From the NCBI GenBank assembly GCA_029259185.1, contig JAPDJF010000003.1, positions 32,001-96,000 on the forward strand: 64,000 bases of DNA. Reading direction: 5' to 3'. Shown here piece after piece: positions 38,538-49,007 of this stretch. A program made the translations under genes and the position numbers. The notes under the pieces were generated by a model. It did no database searches. It was not told where the DNA came from and was given only the letters and a program-made list of their open reading frames with translations. The DNA comes from Hadesarchaea archaeon (GTDB taxonomy: Archaea > Hadarchaeota > Hadarchaeia > Hadarchaeales > WYZ-LMO6). Numbering within the stretch: the stretch's first letter is position 1; every line of letters begins with the position of its first letter.

Positions 38538-39778
38538 TGGAAGGAAGGATGTATCTGGCGATCGCTTCTGACGTCGAAATGCGAAGGAGGGGGGAATGCG
38601 GAGGGGTGGTCACTGCACTGCTCAAGTTCTTGTTAGAGAGCAAAACCGTAAACGCCGTCCTGGCCGTGAAGAAAAGGGGAAATCGATACGATGGAGTTTC
38701 CCAGCTGATCACGGATCCTGAAGAGGTGCTAGAATGTGCTGGATCCCTCCACTGTGTTTCTCCTAACATAGCCAAGAATTTGAAGAATTATCTCGATGGG
38801 GCTCAAAACATGAAGATAGCCGTGGTGTGTAAACCATGTGATGCTCGTGCGATCGTGGAGCTGACCAAGCGAGAACAAGTGAACTTCGAGAACCTCATCC
38901 TAATAGGTGTTAACTGCACGGGTATCTTCCCTCCCAATATCGCGAAAAGAATGTTGGTGGAGGAATATGGTGTAGATCCTTCTGAAGTGGTCAGGGAGGA
39001 CATAGATGGGAAAAATCTGATCATCACGCTTAGGGATGGATCCAGGAGGATGAGGGATCTGGAGGAGTTGGAGAGGAAGGGATATGGGAGAAGAGCGAAT
39101 TGCAAGAGATGTGATGTGAAGATCCCGCGGATGGCCGATTTGGCATGCGGGAAGTGGGGAGCGGAGAAGGAAGATCAGACATTCGTAGAAGTCTGTAGCG
39201 AAAGGGGAGCGGAAATACTGGAGAACGCCGTGAAATCAGGATACGTGATCGTGGAGCCTCCCAGCAGAGAGGCCATCGAAGAAAGAAAAAGAAAAGAAAC
39301 TGAGGCTATCGAGTTTGCCAGAAAGGAAAGAAGGGAGGAGTTTGCCGAGATAGAGAAGATGAATCTTGAAGAGAGATTCAAGTATTGGAACGGGTATTTG
39401 GAGAGATGTGTAAAGTGTTTTGGGTGTAGGGACGTTTGTCCGATATGCTATTGCAGGGAATGTTATCTGGAAGCAGATCGTGGGCTTGTGAAACCCGGGC
39501 GGATTCCCCCCGAGCGAATGTTTCCACTCGTTCGGATAGCTCACGTAGCAGACTCATGTGTTAACTGCGGTCAGTGTGAGGACGCATGCCCGATGGAGAT
39601 TCCGATATCTAAGTTATGTTCCATGTTAAACCAATATCTCAGTTCGATGTTTAGGTACATCCCCGGAATGGATCCTAGGGAGAAACCACCCCTTACCATG
39701 GTAACGGATGGGGAGTTCTCTGTTGAGGACATCGATCTCTTCTTTAATCTTAAGTTCGTGTCTGGTAAACCGAGTTGA
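38534..39778 (+). CDS. fdhB: Formate dehydrogenase beta (FrhB-family, F420-type)
   Basis: GECGGVVT, AGSLHC, KPCDA, CVKCFGCRDVCPIC, CVNCGQCEDACP. Confidence 0.92.
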   Translation: MMEGRMYLAIASDVEMRRRGECGGVVTALLKFLLESKTVNAVLAVKKRGNRYDGVSQLITDPEEVLECAGSLHCVSPNIAKNLKNYLDGAQNMKIAVVCKPCDARAIVELTKREQVNFENLILIGVNCTGIFPPNIAKRMLVEEYGVDPSEVVREDIDGKNLIITLRDGSRRMRDLEELERKGYGRRANCKRCDVKIPRMADLACGKWGAEKEDQTFVEVCSERGAEILENAVKSGYVIVEPPSREAIEERKRKETEAIEFARKERREEFAEIEKMNLEERFKYWNGYLERCVKCFGCRDVCPICYCRECYLEADRGLVKPGRIPPERMFPLVRIAHVADSCVNCGQCEDACPMEIPISKLCSMLNQYLSSMFRYIPGMDPREKPPLTMVTDGEFSVEDIDLFFNLKFVSGKPS

Positions 39779-39791
39779 ATCCGGGTTTTAA

Positions 39792-40086
39792 CTCTGTCGG
39801 CGGGAAGTTCCCTGCGAGAGCTGGGGATGAGAGCCGAAAACCATGTTATTTCCCCTCCAATTTCTTCCGGGAGGTGGAGAGGGCCACCCCGAACCCAACG
39901 CCTTGGAAAACCGATGACCTGCACAGCGCAGGTAGGATGGACATTGGATCTCCGTAACCGCCCGAAGGGGGATGGGATCGGGTCGGTGGATGAAGCAGGG
40001 GCTAGAGCACGCTAAAGCGGGGAAAGCTTCCGCGAAGCGCGAGGGAAAAGCGGAAGCCCCCTGCAAAAGCGAGGGGAGGAGGTCAC
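39792..40086 (+). mobile_element. Non-autonomous derivative F (ORF-less)
   Basis: TTTAA|CTCTGTCGGCGGGAAGTTCCC...GAAGCCCCC..GGAGGTCAC; between convergent fdhB and cdhE. Confidence 0.87.
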
Positions 40087-40088
40087 GC

Positions 40089-41495
40089 TTATTTCCACTT
40101 TTCGGCAAGAAACTTTGGGATCCCGGAGGAATCTCTGGGGCCTATGAGAACCTCCCACTCGAAGTTAAGCAGTTCCTCCAGTTCGCCTTTGTAGCGAGCG
40201 GCCATACCGGGTAGGATGACTTTTCGATGCTTTACTTTTTCTTTAACCCCAGATTCCTTGATGGCTTCCGCTATTTTCTCGGCCGTCAGTTTTCTTCCCG
40301 CTATCGCCGATTCCACACTTATCCCTTCAGTATCGACAACGATCAGATAGGAAGGTACCTTGGAGGATTCTATATCACTCACCACCGTGAAGTAGGTCAG
40401 GGCGAAATTAGATGTTACCATGATGGGAGAGTTCTCGCCCACGTCTCCAATAGTTCTCATCCCAGGATCCACGCTTACAGGCTTTCTCGGATCCGTGTAT
40501 ATGTTTTCCCTCAGGATCACTTGGGGCAGAAGAACCCACATCTCGTCGGATTTCAGTATGAGCAGGTCGGCGTATCTCACCATCAATATAGTTGCGAGTG
40601 AGGTTTCCATCCACATGTTTGCTTCCGACGTTTTTCCCCCGTCTTCCCAGACTCTCAGAGGAGTTCCGACTAGTGGAAATCCGACTAGTTCATCCCCGCC
40701 TTTTATGGCCGTGTTTCTCAATGCCGTGAAGTTATTTATGGTTTCCTTTATTTTTTCCCCGAAGCTAGCTCCCGGATCCAGCAGGATGTCTTCGATCCCA
40801 TAAGCTAGTATCGTTTTGGTTAAGGACTTGAGCATTTTCAGGTTCCCGGGGGAATAAATCGTGAGAGGACACCCATACTTCGAGGCGAGTTCTGCCATCC
40901 CTTTCCAGTTATCCTCGGTAGCGGCATACAACAACGGCTTTCTTTCGGAAACCGTGCTCAGTGCACGCTCCATTGTTTTTGGATCCATACACCAGAGGAT
41001 CAAGGGGAGCTTAGTCATCGATGCTTTCTTCACAGCTCTCTCGAATTTTTCAGGATCATTCGTTACACACCGAACAGCTATCATGTCGAGCTTGAGGGTC
41101 TTCCCTATGTATGTATATCCAAATTCCTCCACTCTTTTGATTCTTTTCAGGATGTCGATTTCGGACATGTCGTCATCGACCGTGATCGCTATCGGCACGG
41201 GATTGAAATATCGATACTCATGTCTTCTAACCACGAGTTGACCACCCACCTTCACTTGACTTTCTCCAGTACCTATGGTGACCTCCTTAACGGGAGGCTT
41301 GAGCATCTCTTGCAGCTTTTGGAGGCTCGCCTTGTACTTATCTTCAAAGAGCTCAGGGCACTCCTCGATCGAAATTGTTCGCTCAGCCAGCCTAGCCGCG
41401 AAGGCCATACAAACACCGGGTTCACATTTGCCACAGTTGGTCTTCGGCAAAAGCGCGTATATGTCCAAAGGTCCTATCTTCTTCTTGGCGGCCAA
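40089..41495 (-). CDS. cdhE: ACDS gamma subunit (corrinoid Fe-S protein large)
   Basis: LPKTNCGKC..CMAFA, IYTDPRKP, NFALTYF, GPRDSS. Confidence 0.96.
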   Translation of the reverse strand: MAAKKKIGPLDIYALLPKTNCGKCEPGVCMAFAARLAERTISIEECPELFEDKYKASLQKLQEMLKPPVKEVTIGTGESQVKVGGQLVVRRHEYRYFNPVPIAITVDDDMSEIDILKRIKRVEEFGYTYIGKTLKLDMIAVRCVTNDPEKFERAVKKASMTKLPLILWCMDPKTMERALSTVSERKPLLYAATEDNWKGMAELASKYGCPLTIYSPGNLKMLKSLTKTILAYGIEDILLDPGASFGEKIKETINNFTALRNTAIKGGDELVGFPLVGTPLRVWEDGGKTSEANMWMETSLATILMVRYADLLILKSDEMWVLLPQVILRENIYTDPRKPVSVDPGMRTIGDVGENSPIMVTSNFALTYFTVVSDIESSKVPSYLIVVDTEGISVESAIAGRKLTAEKIAEAIKESGVKEKVKHRKVILPGMAARYKGELEELLNFEWEVLIGPRDSSGIPKFLAEKWK

Positions 41496-41499
41496 GACT

Positions 41500-42678
41500 T
41501 CACTCCCCTATCCCTATCCAATCTTGGAAGGTAGGTTCCCCTTTTTCACCCATTAGCCATTTGATGACATCTTTCATCGTTCGGATGGCAGCTGGATGAA
41601 GCGTGATGTACAAATCATTTCCCGCCATGAGCATCGTGAGAGCCATGGCCGCCTCCCACATGGGCCCTCTGTACCGCCTCGGCCCGAGTTCGGGCTCCGG
41701 TTTCCAAGCCTCTCGAGCACCCCATGCGTTCGCGGTTGCGGATCCCATTGGGCACTGAAGCTCTTCATCCCCCATCAAGCCTGCCAAACGTATCCGTTCC
41801 ATGATCGAGAATGCGTATTCGATCCCGTACCCCAAGGGGGCGGAGGTTGGATCTATTATTACTCTCTCCTTCGGCACATAATCGAAGAGCTTTCGATTCA
41901 GCTCCTTAGCTTGGGCCATGTCGATGGAGGTCCAAGCGAGTACTACATGCCCATGTTTTTTGGCAGCCTCGGCAACAGGCTCCCACATGTCTAAGGTAGC
42001 CGAGCTCAGCAGGACGCGCTCTCCTTCGCAAGTTTCTGCTACCTTCGGTAGGAGCTTGGCATCTTTCTCCGGGTTGCCCGAGCCCCCCACGACGAGGGGG
42101 ACGTCAACCGCCTGAAGGATATTTTCAACTAGCTTGCATGATTCTTCGATGGGCGTATTCTTCGTGTAAGGGTCACTACTCACTAGCTCTATGTCTACCA
42201 TATCAGCTCCAAATTTTTCAACGGCTATCCTAGCCCACTCCACAGGATCCTCTAGTGCATCTCCCAAGACCGTCTTCACCGGGCCTGGAAGCCTGATAGG
42301 CATGTCGAACACATCGCCAGCTATCACGGGGGGGTTTGGGAACTTTCCTTCGAAGAAATGCCAGGGGGGAGCGGTAGCCCCACCTATTTTTATGACTTTT
42401 CCTCTAGTGCCCCCATCGGCCCTCGTGGCTCCGAGTGTTACTTCTGCTATCGATCCAGGGTACTCCTGCACGAATGGCGAGAATTCGGTCTCCAAAATCG
42501 AACTCGGTTTGGGTAGGGAGGGTGGTGAGGGCAAAACGGTTGGAGCGACTTGAGCCAGCGATCTGAACACAAGTTTGAGATCCTCAGCGTTGAGTTCTAC
42601 GTTTTGAAGTTCAAACTCATTGTATTGCTTGAGAAGCTCCAATAAACCATCTATTGGGGTTCTCTCCCCTGCCTTCAT
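41500..42678 (-). CDS. cdhD: ACDS delta subunit
   Basis: EVTLGATRADGGTR, GGSGNPEKD, LGYGIEY, NAWGAREAW. Confidence 0.96.
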   Translation of the reverse strand: MKAGERTPIDGLLELLKQYNEFELQNVELNAEDLKLVFRSLAQVAPTVLPSPPSLPKPSSILETEFSPFVQEYPGSIAEVTLGATRADGGTRGKVIKIGGATAPPWHFFEGKFPNPPVIAGDVFDMPIRLPGPVKTVLGDALEDPVEWARIAVEKFGADMVDIELVSSDPYTKNTPIEESCKLVENILQAVDVPLVVGGSGNPEKDAKLLPKVAETCEGERVLLSSATLDMWEPVAEAAKKHGHVVLAWTSIDMAQAKELNRKLFDYVPKERVIIDPTSAPLGYGIEYAFSIMERIRLAGLMGDEELQCPMGSATANAWGAREAWKPEPELGPRRYRGPMWEAAMALTMLMAGNDLYITLHPAAIRTMKDVIKWLMGEKGEPTFQDWIGIGE

Positions 42679-44126
42679 TCTTTGCCACCCTTTCTCTTCT
42701 CAATCCTTCGCACTATGAGCTTCTCAGCGAAAATCTTTGCGTTCTTGAGGATTATCTCGAATTCCATTCCTCCGGGAACCCCCGAGACGGGCATGGTGAT
42801 GGTGGGTGCAGTCACTACTTCCGTGGGGGGTGCCGCTTCCTCAGCGGTAGCGGCAACCTCGGCCTCGACACCTTTTAGCCCCTTCACACCGAGCTTCTTT
42901 AGGTGTTCACTCGGTTCGACTATGGGGTGACCATGGGCTTTCAGAAATTCTTTCAGCTCCTCAACGCTTTTCACGTCCTCCTCGGTGGGGATCTTATCCA
43001 CCACATCTGGAGGAATGAAATCTTTGACTCTTTCCTTGGCTTCTTTTGGAATCCAAACTATCCTATACCACCCCCCATCTGCTTGGAGGAATTTCGGAGA
43101 TCTCATGTATTCAAACGACAGACCATGGAATCCGTCCACCTGCCTCCCACCTGCGGTCGAGTCGGCCATGGTTGAGAAAGGCACACCATTTATAGCTGGT
43201 CCCTTGAAGTCTCGGTGAACGATTCCGAGTCCATCGACCTCAGGTATGTAGAACGCTATGGCCTCGAAACATCCACAGGAAGTGTGGGGGTATCCGAACG
43301 CCGTGTATAACCACACCTTCTTGACCTCCCCGAGCGATTTTTCCTTAACGGATTCGTTAGCACCAGTCCATTCTCCCTTCAACGGATCTATGCACTCCCC
43401 TATTTTGACCTCGTATATAGGCCCCTTCGGGTCCACCTTTGCAGCGGCTCTTCCATCGAACCATCCGATGGCACCACAATTTGCATACCTCTGAGGCGTT
43501 ATCACGCACACATGGGTGGGGGCAAAAGACTGGCACAGCGTACACCCATAGAACACGTCTACATCTTCATCCTTGAGCCCCCTCGCGCGGGCGTCACGGG
43601 CATCATAAATTTTTAGAGCTTCTGAATACAGTTTTTCCACTTCAGCGGGATCCGTGTAGAACGTCACCTGAACTTTCTCTATTATGGGACACTCGCTGTG
43701 GTACAACCTGGCGATAACCTTTCCCAAGTGCTCTAAGGTCAGCCCTCTTTGTACAGATTTTTTACTCACCCTACACCATATCGTGTTTCTCTGGTTAAGG
43801 TGCATGAACCCCTCAACCCAGTTGGTGAAGTAGTGAAGACGTCTCTCAAAGACTCCCTCCATCTCCTCCTCAAGATCTTTTCCGCTAGCTTCGACAATGA
43901 TGGCGAACGGCAGCTTACTTCCTTCCTGCATGTCCTTGAACTCTGGGCCGACCACCTTTATCTTGCCGTCTTCAACTTTGTCGGGAGATTTCACTCGAAA
44001 GAGTTCAAACTTATGCTTGATGTCTGGACCGCCCAACTCAGCATGCATCTCCCCCTTTCTTATCCGCTCACCTTCGTACACAACCCCCACGTCAACGGGG
44101 ATATCCCCAAACATTCCTGATTTCAT
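42675..44126 (-). CDS. cdhC: ACDS beta subunit (acetyl-CoA synthase)
   Basis: YGCTLCQSFAPTHVC, HTSCGCFE, FLQADGG. Confidence 0.97.
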   Translation of the reverse strand: MKSGMFGDIPVDVGVVYEGERIRKGEMHAELGGPDIKHKFELFRVKSPDKVEDGKIKVVGPEFKDMQEGSKLPFAIIVEASGKDLEEEMEGVFERRLHYFTNWVEGFMHLNQRNTIWCRVSKKSVQRGLTLEHLGKVIARLYHSECPIIEKVQVTFYTDPAEVEKLYSEALKIYDARDARARGLKDEDVDVFYGCTLCQSFAPTHVCVITPQRYANCGAIGWFDGRAAAKVDPKGPIYEVKIGECIDPLKGEWTGANESVKEKSLGEVKKVWLYTAFGYPHTSCGCFEAIAFYIPEVDGLGIVHRDFKGPAINGVPFSTMADSTAGGRQVDGFHGLSFEYMRSPKFLQADGGWYRIVWIPKEAKERVKDFIPPDVVDKIPTEEDVKSVEELKEFLKAHGHPIVEPSEHLKKLGVKGLKGVEAEVAATAEEAAPPTEVVTAPTITMPVSGVPGGMEFEIILKNAKIFAEKLIVRRIEKRKGGKE

Positions 44127-44665
44127 TTTTTCTCCATCCCCTGAGCGATTTTTTCGAGGTTCTTATACCACTCCTCCACGGGGAGATTGGGAAATGACCA
44201 ACTACAATGTGGCTGATAAAATCTATTTAAAGATATCGTCTTGAGGTGGGGGGCAAAAGATTTGAGTCCAGAGCCTACCAACCATTCCATGTAATATGGA
44301 CCAAGGCCTAGCATCAAGACGAGATCGTGGGGGGCTCCGTTATCCGAAACACTCCACTCCGGATCCGTGAGTCTCCCCCCTATCTCCATCAGGGACATTC
44401 TGGCGGTGGGAGTGAAACCCCTCCTCTTGAACTCTACTACGGTCTGAGCCGTGGCTACCACAGGAATGTTGCCACCCTTAGCTATGCGGATCGCATAGTC
44501 TATGGGAAATTTACCATTGAATTCGTCTCTCAGTGCTCCCGTCCCTACTATGAATAATGGCTTTTTAGCTTTCTTCACCAAAGCTGGGACCATCTCGGGT
44601 TTGTTTATCACCACAGCTTTAATCGGTCCTGGGATTTCCCCCCTCTGCCATGGTTCGAATGCCAA
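44123..44665 (-). CDS. cdhB: ACDS epsilon subunit
   Basis: KKAKKPLFIVG, YQPHCSWSFPN; operon position. Confidence 0.93.
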   Translation of the reverse strand: MAFEPWQRGEIPGPIKAVVINKPEMVPALVKKAKKPLFIVGTGALRDEFNGKFPIDYAIRIAKGGNIPVVATAQTVVEFKRRGFTPTARMSLMEIGGRLTDPEWSVSDNGAPHDLVLMLGLGPYYMEWLVGSGLKSFAPHLKTISLNRFYQPHCSWSFPNLPVEEWYKNLEKIAQGMEKK

Positions 44666-44668
44666 ATT

Positions 44669-47023
44669 TTATCCCTCCGACTTGGCTCTCACCAGCCTAG
44701 GCAATAATGTGGGATCTGGATTGGGATTTTCGTTTTCTTCCCAGCCCTTTTCCTTCAGGAGGGCCATCACCTCGTCCTTCATCGTCACCGGAATGTCTGC
44801 GATCGTTCGAACAAAAAGGTGAACATCGTCAGGAAGCTCTCCGAAGAATCGCCTATGGAGGTCTATGTAGTGGTTAAGCTTTATCGCTCTGCCTTTAGTG
44901 GTATCACTGGCCCTCATGCAGAGTTTGGGGATCAATACCATAGCTTCCTCCATCGTTTCGGCCGCGATGAACAGGTGTTCGGGGACTGGGCCGGCGTACG
45001 CGCTTTTCCCTGTTCTGGCATCTATGACGTACCAAGCTTCTTTGTCATCCTTTCTGCCAAGGAGCATGCGCCTGTATTTGGAGCCATGGGGACCAACGAT
45101 GACCGGAATCCCCAGCCTCCAGAATCCGCTCGCTATGGAGGAGGCTTTTTGGGAATATGCACCCCAAGCCACGCCAACTGCTCCAACCCTGTTGTGGATG
45201 TAATCAGCGATCTCCTCATAGTTTGACCTGAGCTTACGCTTTGCGAATATACTAGCGATCTTTATCGCGGCTCCAGAGATGTGCGGGTTGGAAACGCACG
45301 ACCCGCAGTTGATCAGACCACCCGCTTCGAACGCGCCTGGGTATGCCTCATACGGGCTTTGTCCGTTTTCGTCTTTATACATCCCTATTGACATCGCTGC
45401 ACACCCGGTCGTGCACACGATGTATCTCCGTTTTGTGAACTCGGATGCCATGATAGGGACTTCCTTCCAGGTTCCGGGATAGTTCGCACAGCCCACGAAT
45501 GCCACTACTCCCGGGATCTCCCCCATCACGATCGGCTGACCAACTCTCCTTATCTCGACATCTTGAATCGCACCCCTACCTGCCCGCATCTTGTGCTTTT
45601 CCTCCGCTATCCTACGCTTGGAGGCCCCCACTATCAAGGTGTGGGGATGGATTTGAGCTGGGCATATTCCTTCCTGTTCACACCGACCACACCCGACGCA
45701 TGACTCGTACAGCTCGGAAAGCGGCTGCAAGTTCCCTTTGCTGGCCTCCTCTAGGGCTTCGGGGATTGGGAGGGTATTGGGGCAAACCCTGACACAGGCA
45801 TAGCACTTTCTGCACTTTTTGGCCTCTTCTATGACCGCAGATTCCTCCGGTACTATTTTGAATTTCTTCCGCTTGGGCGCGATCGCTGTAGCTACCCTAA
45901 CGGCCACTTCTCCAGCTTTTTCGGAATCTAGGATAGCCACTCCTGGGACTCTTCCCTCTACCAGATCTCGCACTATATCGTCAACGGAATCCCCAGTTCG
46001 ATCTTGGAGACCTTGGAAGTTTTTGTAATGGGTTGAAATCAGCGGGGCGTGCACTTTCTGGGCTTCGACCACGATGTCTGTTCTGATGCACTGCTCATCA
46101 ACTACTATGACATCCGCAAAACCTGATCGGACGAATCTCAATTGGAAGGAAATCGGCCCCACGATCTTTGCCTTTTGAGAATACCTCGTGAGATCGATAG
46201 CTGTGCAACATATCCCACAAACTTCTATACTGTCTTCCAATCCATGATTTCTCATGTAATCAGCTATCTCTACGGCCGGCGGCACGTTGTGGCCTATTAC
46301 GAGAATAACGGGTTTGGATTTATCTATGCACCCCATCCCCACTTCGATGAGCGGTGCATCGGGGTCGGCCTTTGGGAAACCATAAGTAGAGATCTGTGCG
46401 ATATCAGCGACTTCCATGGAGACGTGATCGATCATTCCCGCGTGGAACACCTTTGATTCGAAATCTATATTGTCGCCCTCTTGACCCGTATGACATGAGG
46501 AGAGCAAATGTACTATTTCAGTCTCACAGTAGTCGAGCACATCCTCCAAGTCCGCCAGCGTTCTAGGCTTTATACCCGTAACCAGCCTAATGTTTGGCGC
46601 TTCTAAATACACATTTTCCCCCCCCACATCCAGTGGATGATCTCTGCCGAACTTCGCTATTAGCTCTTCCACCATGTGTCGGGCGTGACCACAGTGGGTG
46701 GCTGCACCTATGGAGCATGAGAGCAGTACGAATCTAGAGAGTTGGGCTTTCATGTCGAGTCCGCATGCACCTCGCTTACCCTTGCTCAGATCGCACTTAC
46801 CAAAAGTACACAAACAGCAGAGATCACACCAGGGGAGGTAAAAGGGTTTATACTTGGTGAGGAGCTTGTGATCCCACTCTCTGAACGTGCCGATGTCGGG
46901 CATTGGGGTTGGACCCGGCTCTTCTTCCCACTCTTTGATGATCCGCCCCACACTGAACTCCAAGCCCTTAGCCTTCACCAAATCCGTAACGAGTTCATCG
47001 AATTTGATCCTAGTTTTGCTCAT
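44669..47023 (-). CDS. cdhA: ACDS alpha subunit (Ni-CODH)
   Basis: CDLCCLCTFGKC, IGHNV, GICCTA, VGCANY, GSCVSN, AYSQKA. Confidence 0.97.
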   Translation of the reverse strand: MSKTRIKFDELVTDLVKAKGLEFSVGRIIKEWEEEPGPTPMPDIGTFREWDHKLLTKYKPFYLPWCDLCCLCTFGKCDLSKGKRGACGLDMKAQLSRFVLLSCSIGAATHCGHARHMVEELIAKFGRDHPLDVGGENVYLEAPNIRLVTGIKPRTLADLEDVLDYCETEIVHLLSSCHTGQEGDNIDFESKVFHAGMIDHVSMEVADIAQISTYGFPKADPDAPLIEVGMGCIDKSKPVILVIGHNVPPAVEIADYMRNHGLEDSIEVCGICCTAIDLTRYSQKAKIVGPISFQLRFVRSGFADVIVVDEQCIRTDIVVEAQKVHAPLISTHYKNFQGLQDRTGDSVDDIVRDLVEGRVPGVAILDSEKAGEVAVRVATAIAPKRKKFKIVPEESAVIEEAKKCRKCYACVRVCPNTLPIPEALEEASKGNLQPLSELYESCVGCGRCEQEGICPAQIHPHTLIVGASKRRIAEEKHKMRAGRGAIQDVEIRRVGQPIVMGEIPGVVAFVGCANYPGTWKEVPIMASEFTKRRYIVCTTGCAAMSIGMYKDENGQSPYEAYPGAFEAGGLINCGSCVSNPHISGAAIKIASIFAKRKLRSNYEEIADYIHNRVGAVGVAWGAYSQKASSIASGFWRLGIPVIVGPHGSKYRRMLLGRKDDKEAWYVIDARTGKSAYAGPVPEHLFIAAETMEEAMVLIPKLCMRASDTTKGRAIKLNHYIDLHRRFFGELPDDVHLFVRTIADIPVTMKDEVMALLKEKGWEENENPNPDPTLLPRLVRAKSEG

Positions 47024-47336
47024 GTGGCTTCCTCCAGACTGAGAGACATAGGAATAAAATCGAGAGCCTGCTATCCAAATCCGGAAAGATCTCTCCATTC
47101 GTTAAATGTGTAACCGCGGTCAAATCTGTGTTTTTTTTAAGCGATGACATAAAAACTTATCGGGCTTGGGGTTCTCCTCAAGATTATTGAGTTTTGATGA
47201 ATCTTAAGAGATCTGCGCATAGAAAAAATTCGATCATAGAGGGCCGAAAGTCTTTCACCTATAGCATCGCTTTTTTGTCCGAAAAAGATGGTTCCAACTA
47301 GATAAGCGACCTTTCACCTGCTGACGCTTTCGTCGC

Positions 47337-48150
47337 TCAGGGCAGATCCGCGCAAAACTCGATCAGTCCCAAAGGGCGATTCCTCTTGAGACCGACATCG
47401 ACTTCCGCGGCTACGGCTGGTGTTCGTCTCAGCGTTTGATGGGTTCGAACGTGGTTGTATACGGCTCTCCGCAAAGTTAGGAAGGTCTCGGCCGAAGCGA
47501 AGCTCTTGAAGTACCCCATCACCTTGTAGCGCTGCTTGATATCTTGGTTGTGGCGCTCAGCGGGATTGTGTTATGCTTCAACCCGTGCTGTCTGCAAGCT
47601 ATTGGCACTCCGTACACCAGTTTGGCTATGCGGTAAAGTAGCGGTTGAAAACCGTACGGTACTGCCAGAGTTTGTCGCTGACAAAAGTCACAAGCTTTCG
47701 CTCTCTCGGCGGCTTCTTTCCCGCCTGAAAACCTCGTGTACTTGGCTGCCGACGGCGGTTTTGAGCCCCTTGAAAAATTCATCGTTTTCCCCACTTTCAC
47801 CTGAACCTCGTCGAGGTGAATGCGCCCTTTGACTTTCGGTTTTATGCGTCTCTCAAGCTTCCCGACGAGTTTTGCGTACTTGCGCATCCAGTTCAGGATG
47901 CTTCCGTCCGAGATCCTATAGCCGTGGTGCTGGTAGATCACATCCCTGATCTTGCTGAGGGATAATCCCTCAACGTAGAGATGCAGGCGCTTCGGTGATT
48001 ACCTCCTTCGGATAGGTCATGTTCTCGAAACCGTCGCGCTCCACGAAGTAGCGCTTGCACTTTTGCATCGATAGCCTGTTTACTCACGTACTTGTCCTGC
48101 TTTTTACCCGCCCGAATGATCCGACCGGACCCACAGTTGGGACACTTCAC
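47337..48150 (-). pseudogene. Archaeal IS6-like DDE transposase, multiply frameshifted
   Basis: CPNCGS Zn ribbon, SILNWMRKY, IHLDEVQV, YNHVRTHQTL..TPA in different frames. Confidence 0.8.
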
Positions 48151-48281
48151 GGTTCACTTCTCCGTCACCCCACCCGATCCAGCCTCCAGGATTAATTGAC
48201 CAGCATCTTAAATCACTAATCCTGAGGAAAACCCGGAAAGCGAAAGATTTTTTAACCCCCAGCCGTTTTTTTTAGGATACG

Positions 48282-49007
48282 ATGAAAATACTACATGAAT
48301 TCGTACCAACACGTAAATTTCTCCAACTCGCTGAAGAAACCAAGGATCTCGCTGATGGGTGGAATGTTACCGATAGTGCGGCTGGTATGCCGGCACCGAG
48401 TGGTACGGTGGTAAGTTGCGTGCTCAAGACGAAGTACCCCGATAAGATAGTGATACCCATATTCATATTGCATTATAAGGGTCCAGTGGAGGTCGGGGGT
48501 TTAGCTCTAGCAGCAGATGCGGTGGGCCTCGATGGTCTCGTGCTTACGATGGGCGATGTTCCCAAGTACGGAGAACCTATAAAAATGTTAAAATCTTCCG
48601 AGGAGGCGCGAGACTTCTTACGTACGACGGTGCGCGTGAAAAATCTGAAGCTAGGTTGCTTACTCACAGCGCGGCGGTCTGTGGAGGAGACCATAGAGCG
48701 GGCAAAAGGTGCGTGGGATTTCGTCTTCTTCATGAGACTAGAAGACAAATCCCTTCCGATGTTGGAGCAAATAGCTAAAGAATGCAGACGTTTGAACAAG
48801 CCCATTTATTCGTATTTCTTGGTGGGGACGCCCAAGAACATGGAAATCTTAAAAATGATCGGGTGGCCGGTGACAACAACGATGGATCGCGTTGAAGAGT
48901 ATGCGGCGAAGTTAGATGGTCTAGTAGATGGCATAATCGCCACATGCGCTGGAGATTACGAGGGGGACAAGGAGCTATTGGAGAAGCTCCAAAAGTTCAG
49001 AAATTGA
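48282..49007 (+). CDS. Methylenetetrahydrofolate reductase-like flavoprotein
   Basis: N-terminal E..P, WNVTDSAAG, LTMGD.P resemble MetF TIM-barrel motifs. Confidence 0.65.
   Translation: MKILHEFVPTRKFLQLAEETKDLADGWNVTDSAAGMPAPSGTVVSCVLKTKYPDKIVIPIFILHYKGPVEVGGLALAADAVGLDGLVLTMGDVPKYGEPIKMLKSSEEARDFLRTTVRVKNLKLGCLLTARRSVEETIERAKGAWDFVFFMRLEDKSLPMLEQIAKECRRLNKPIYSYFLVGTPKNMEILKMIGWPVTTTMDRVEEYAAKLDGLVDGIIATCAGDYEGDKELLEKLQKFRN

Noticed and set aside
39571-40214. Small ORFs over elements F and G
   Set aside because: Chance frames in a GC-rich structured repeat
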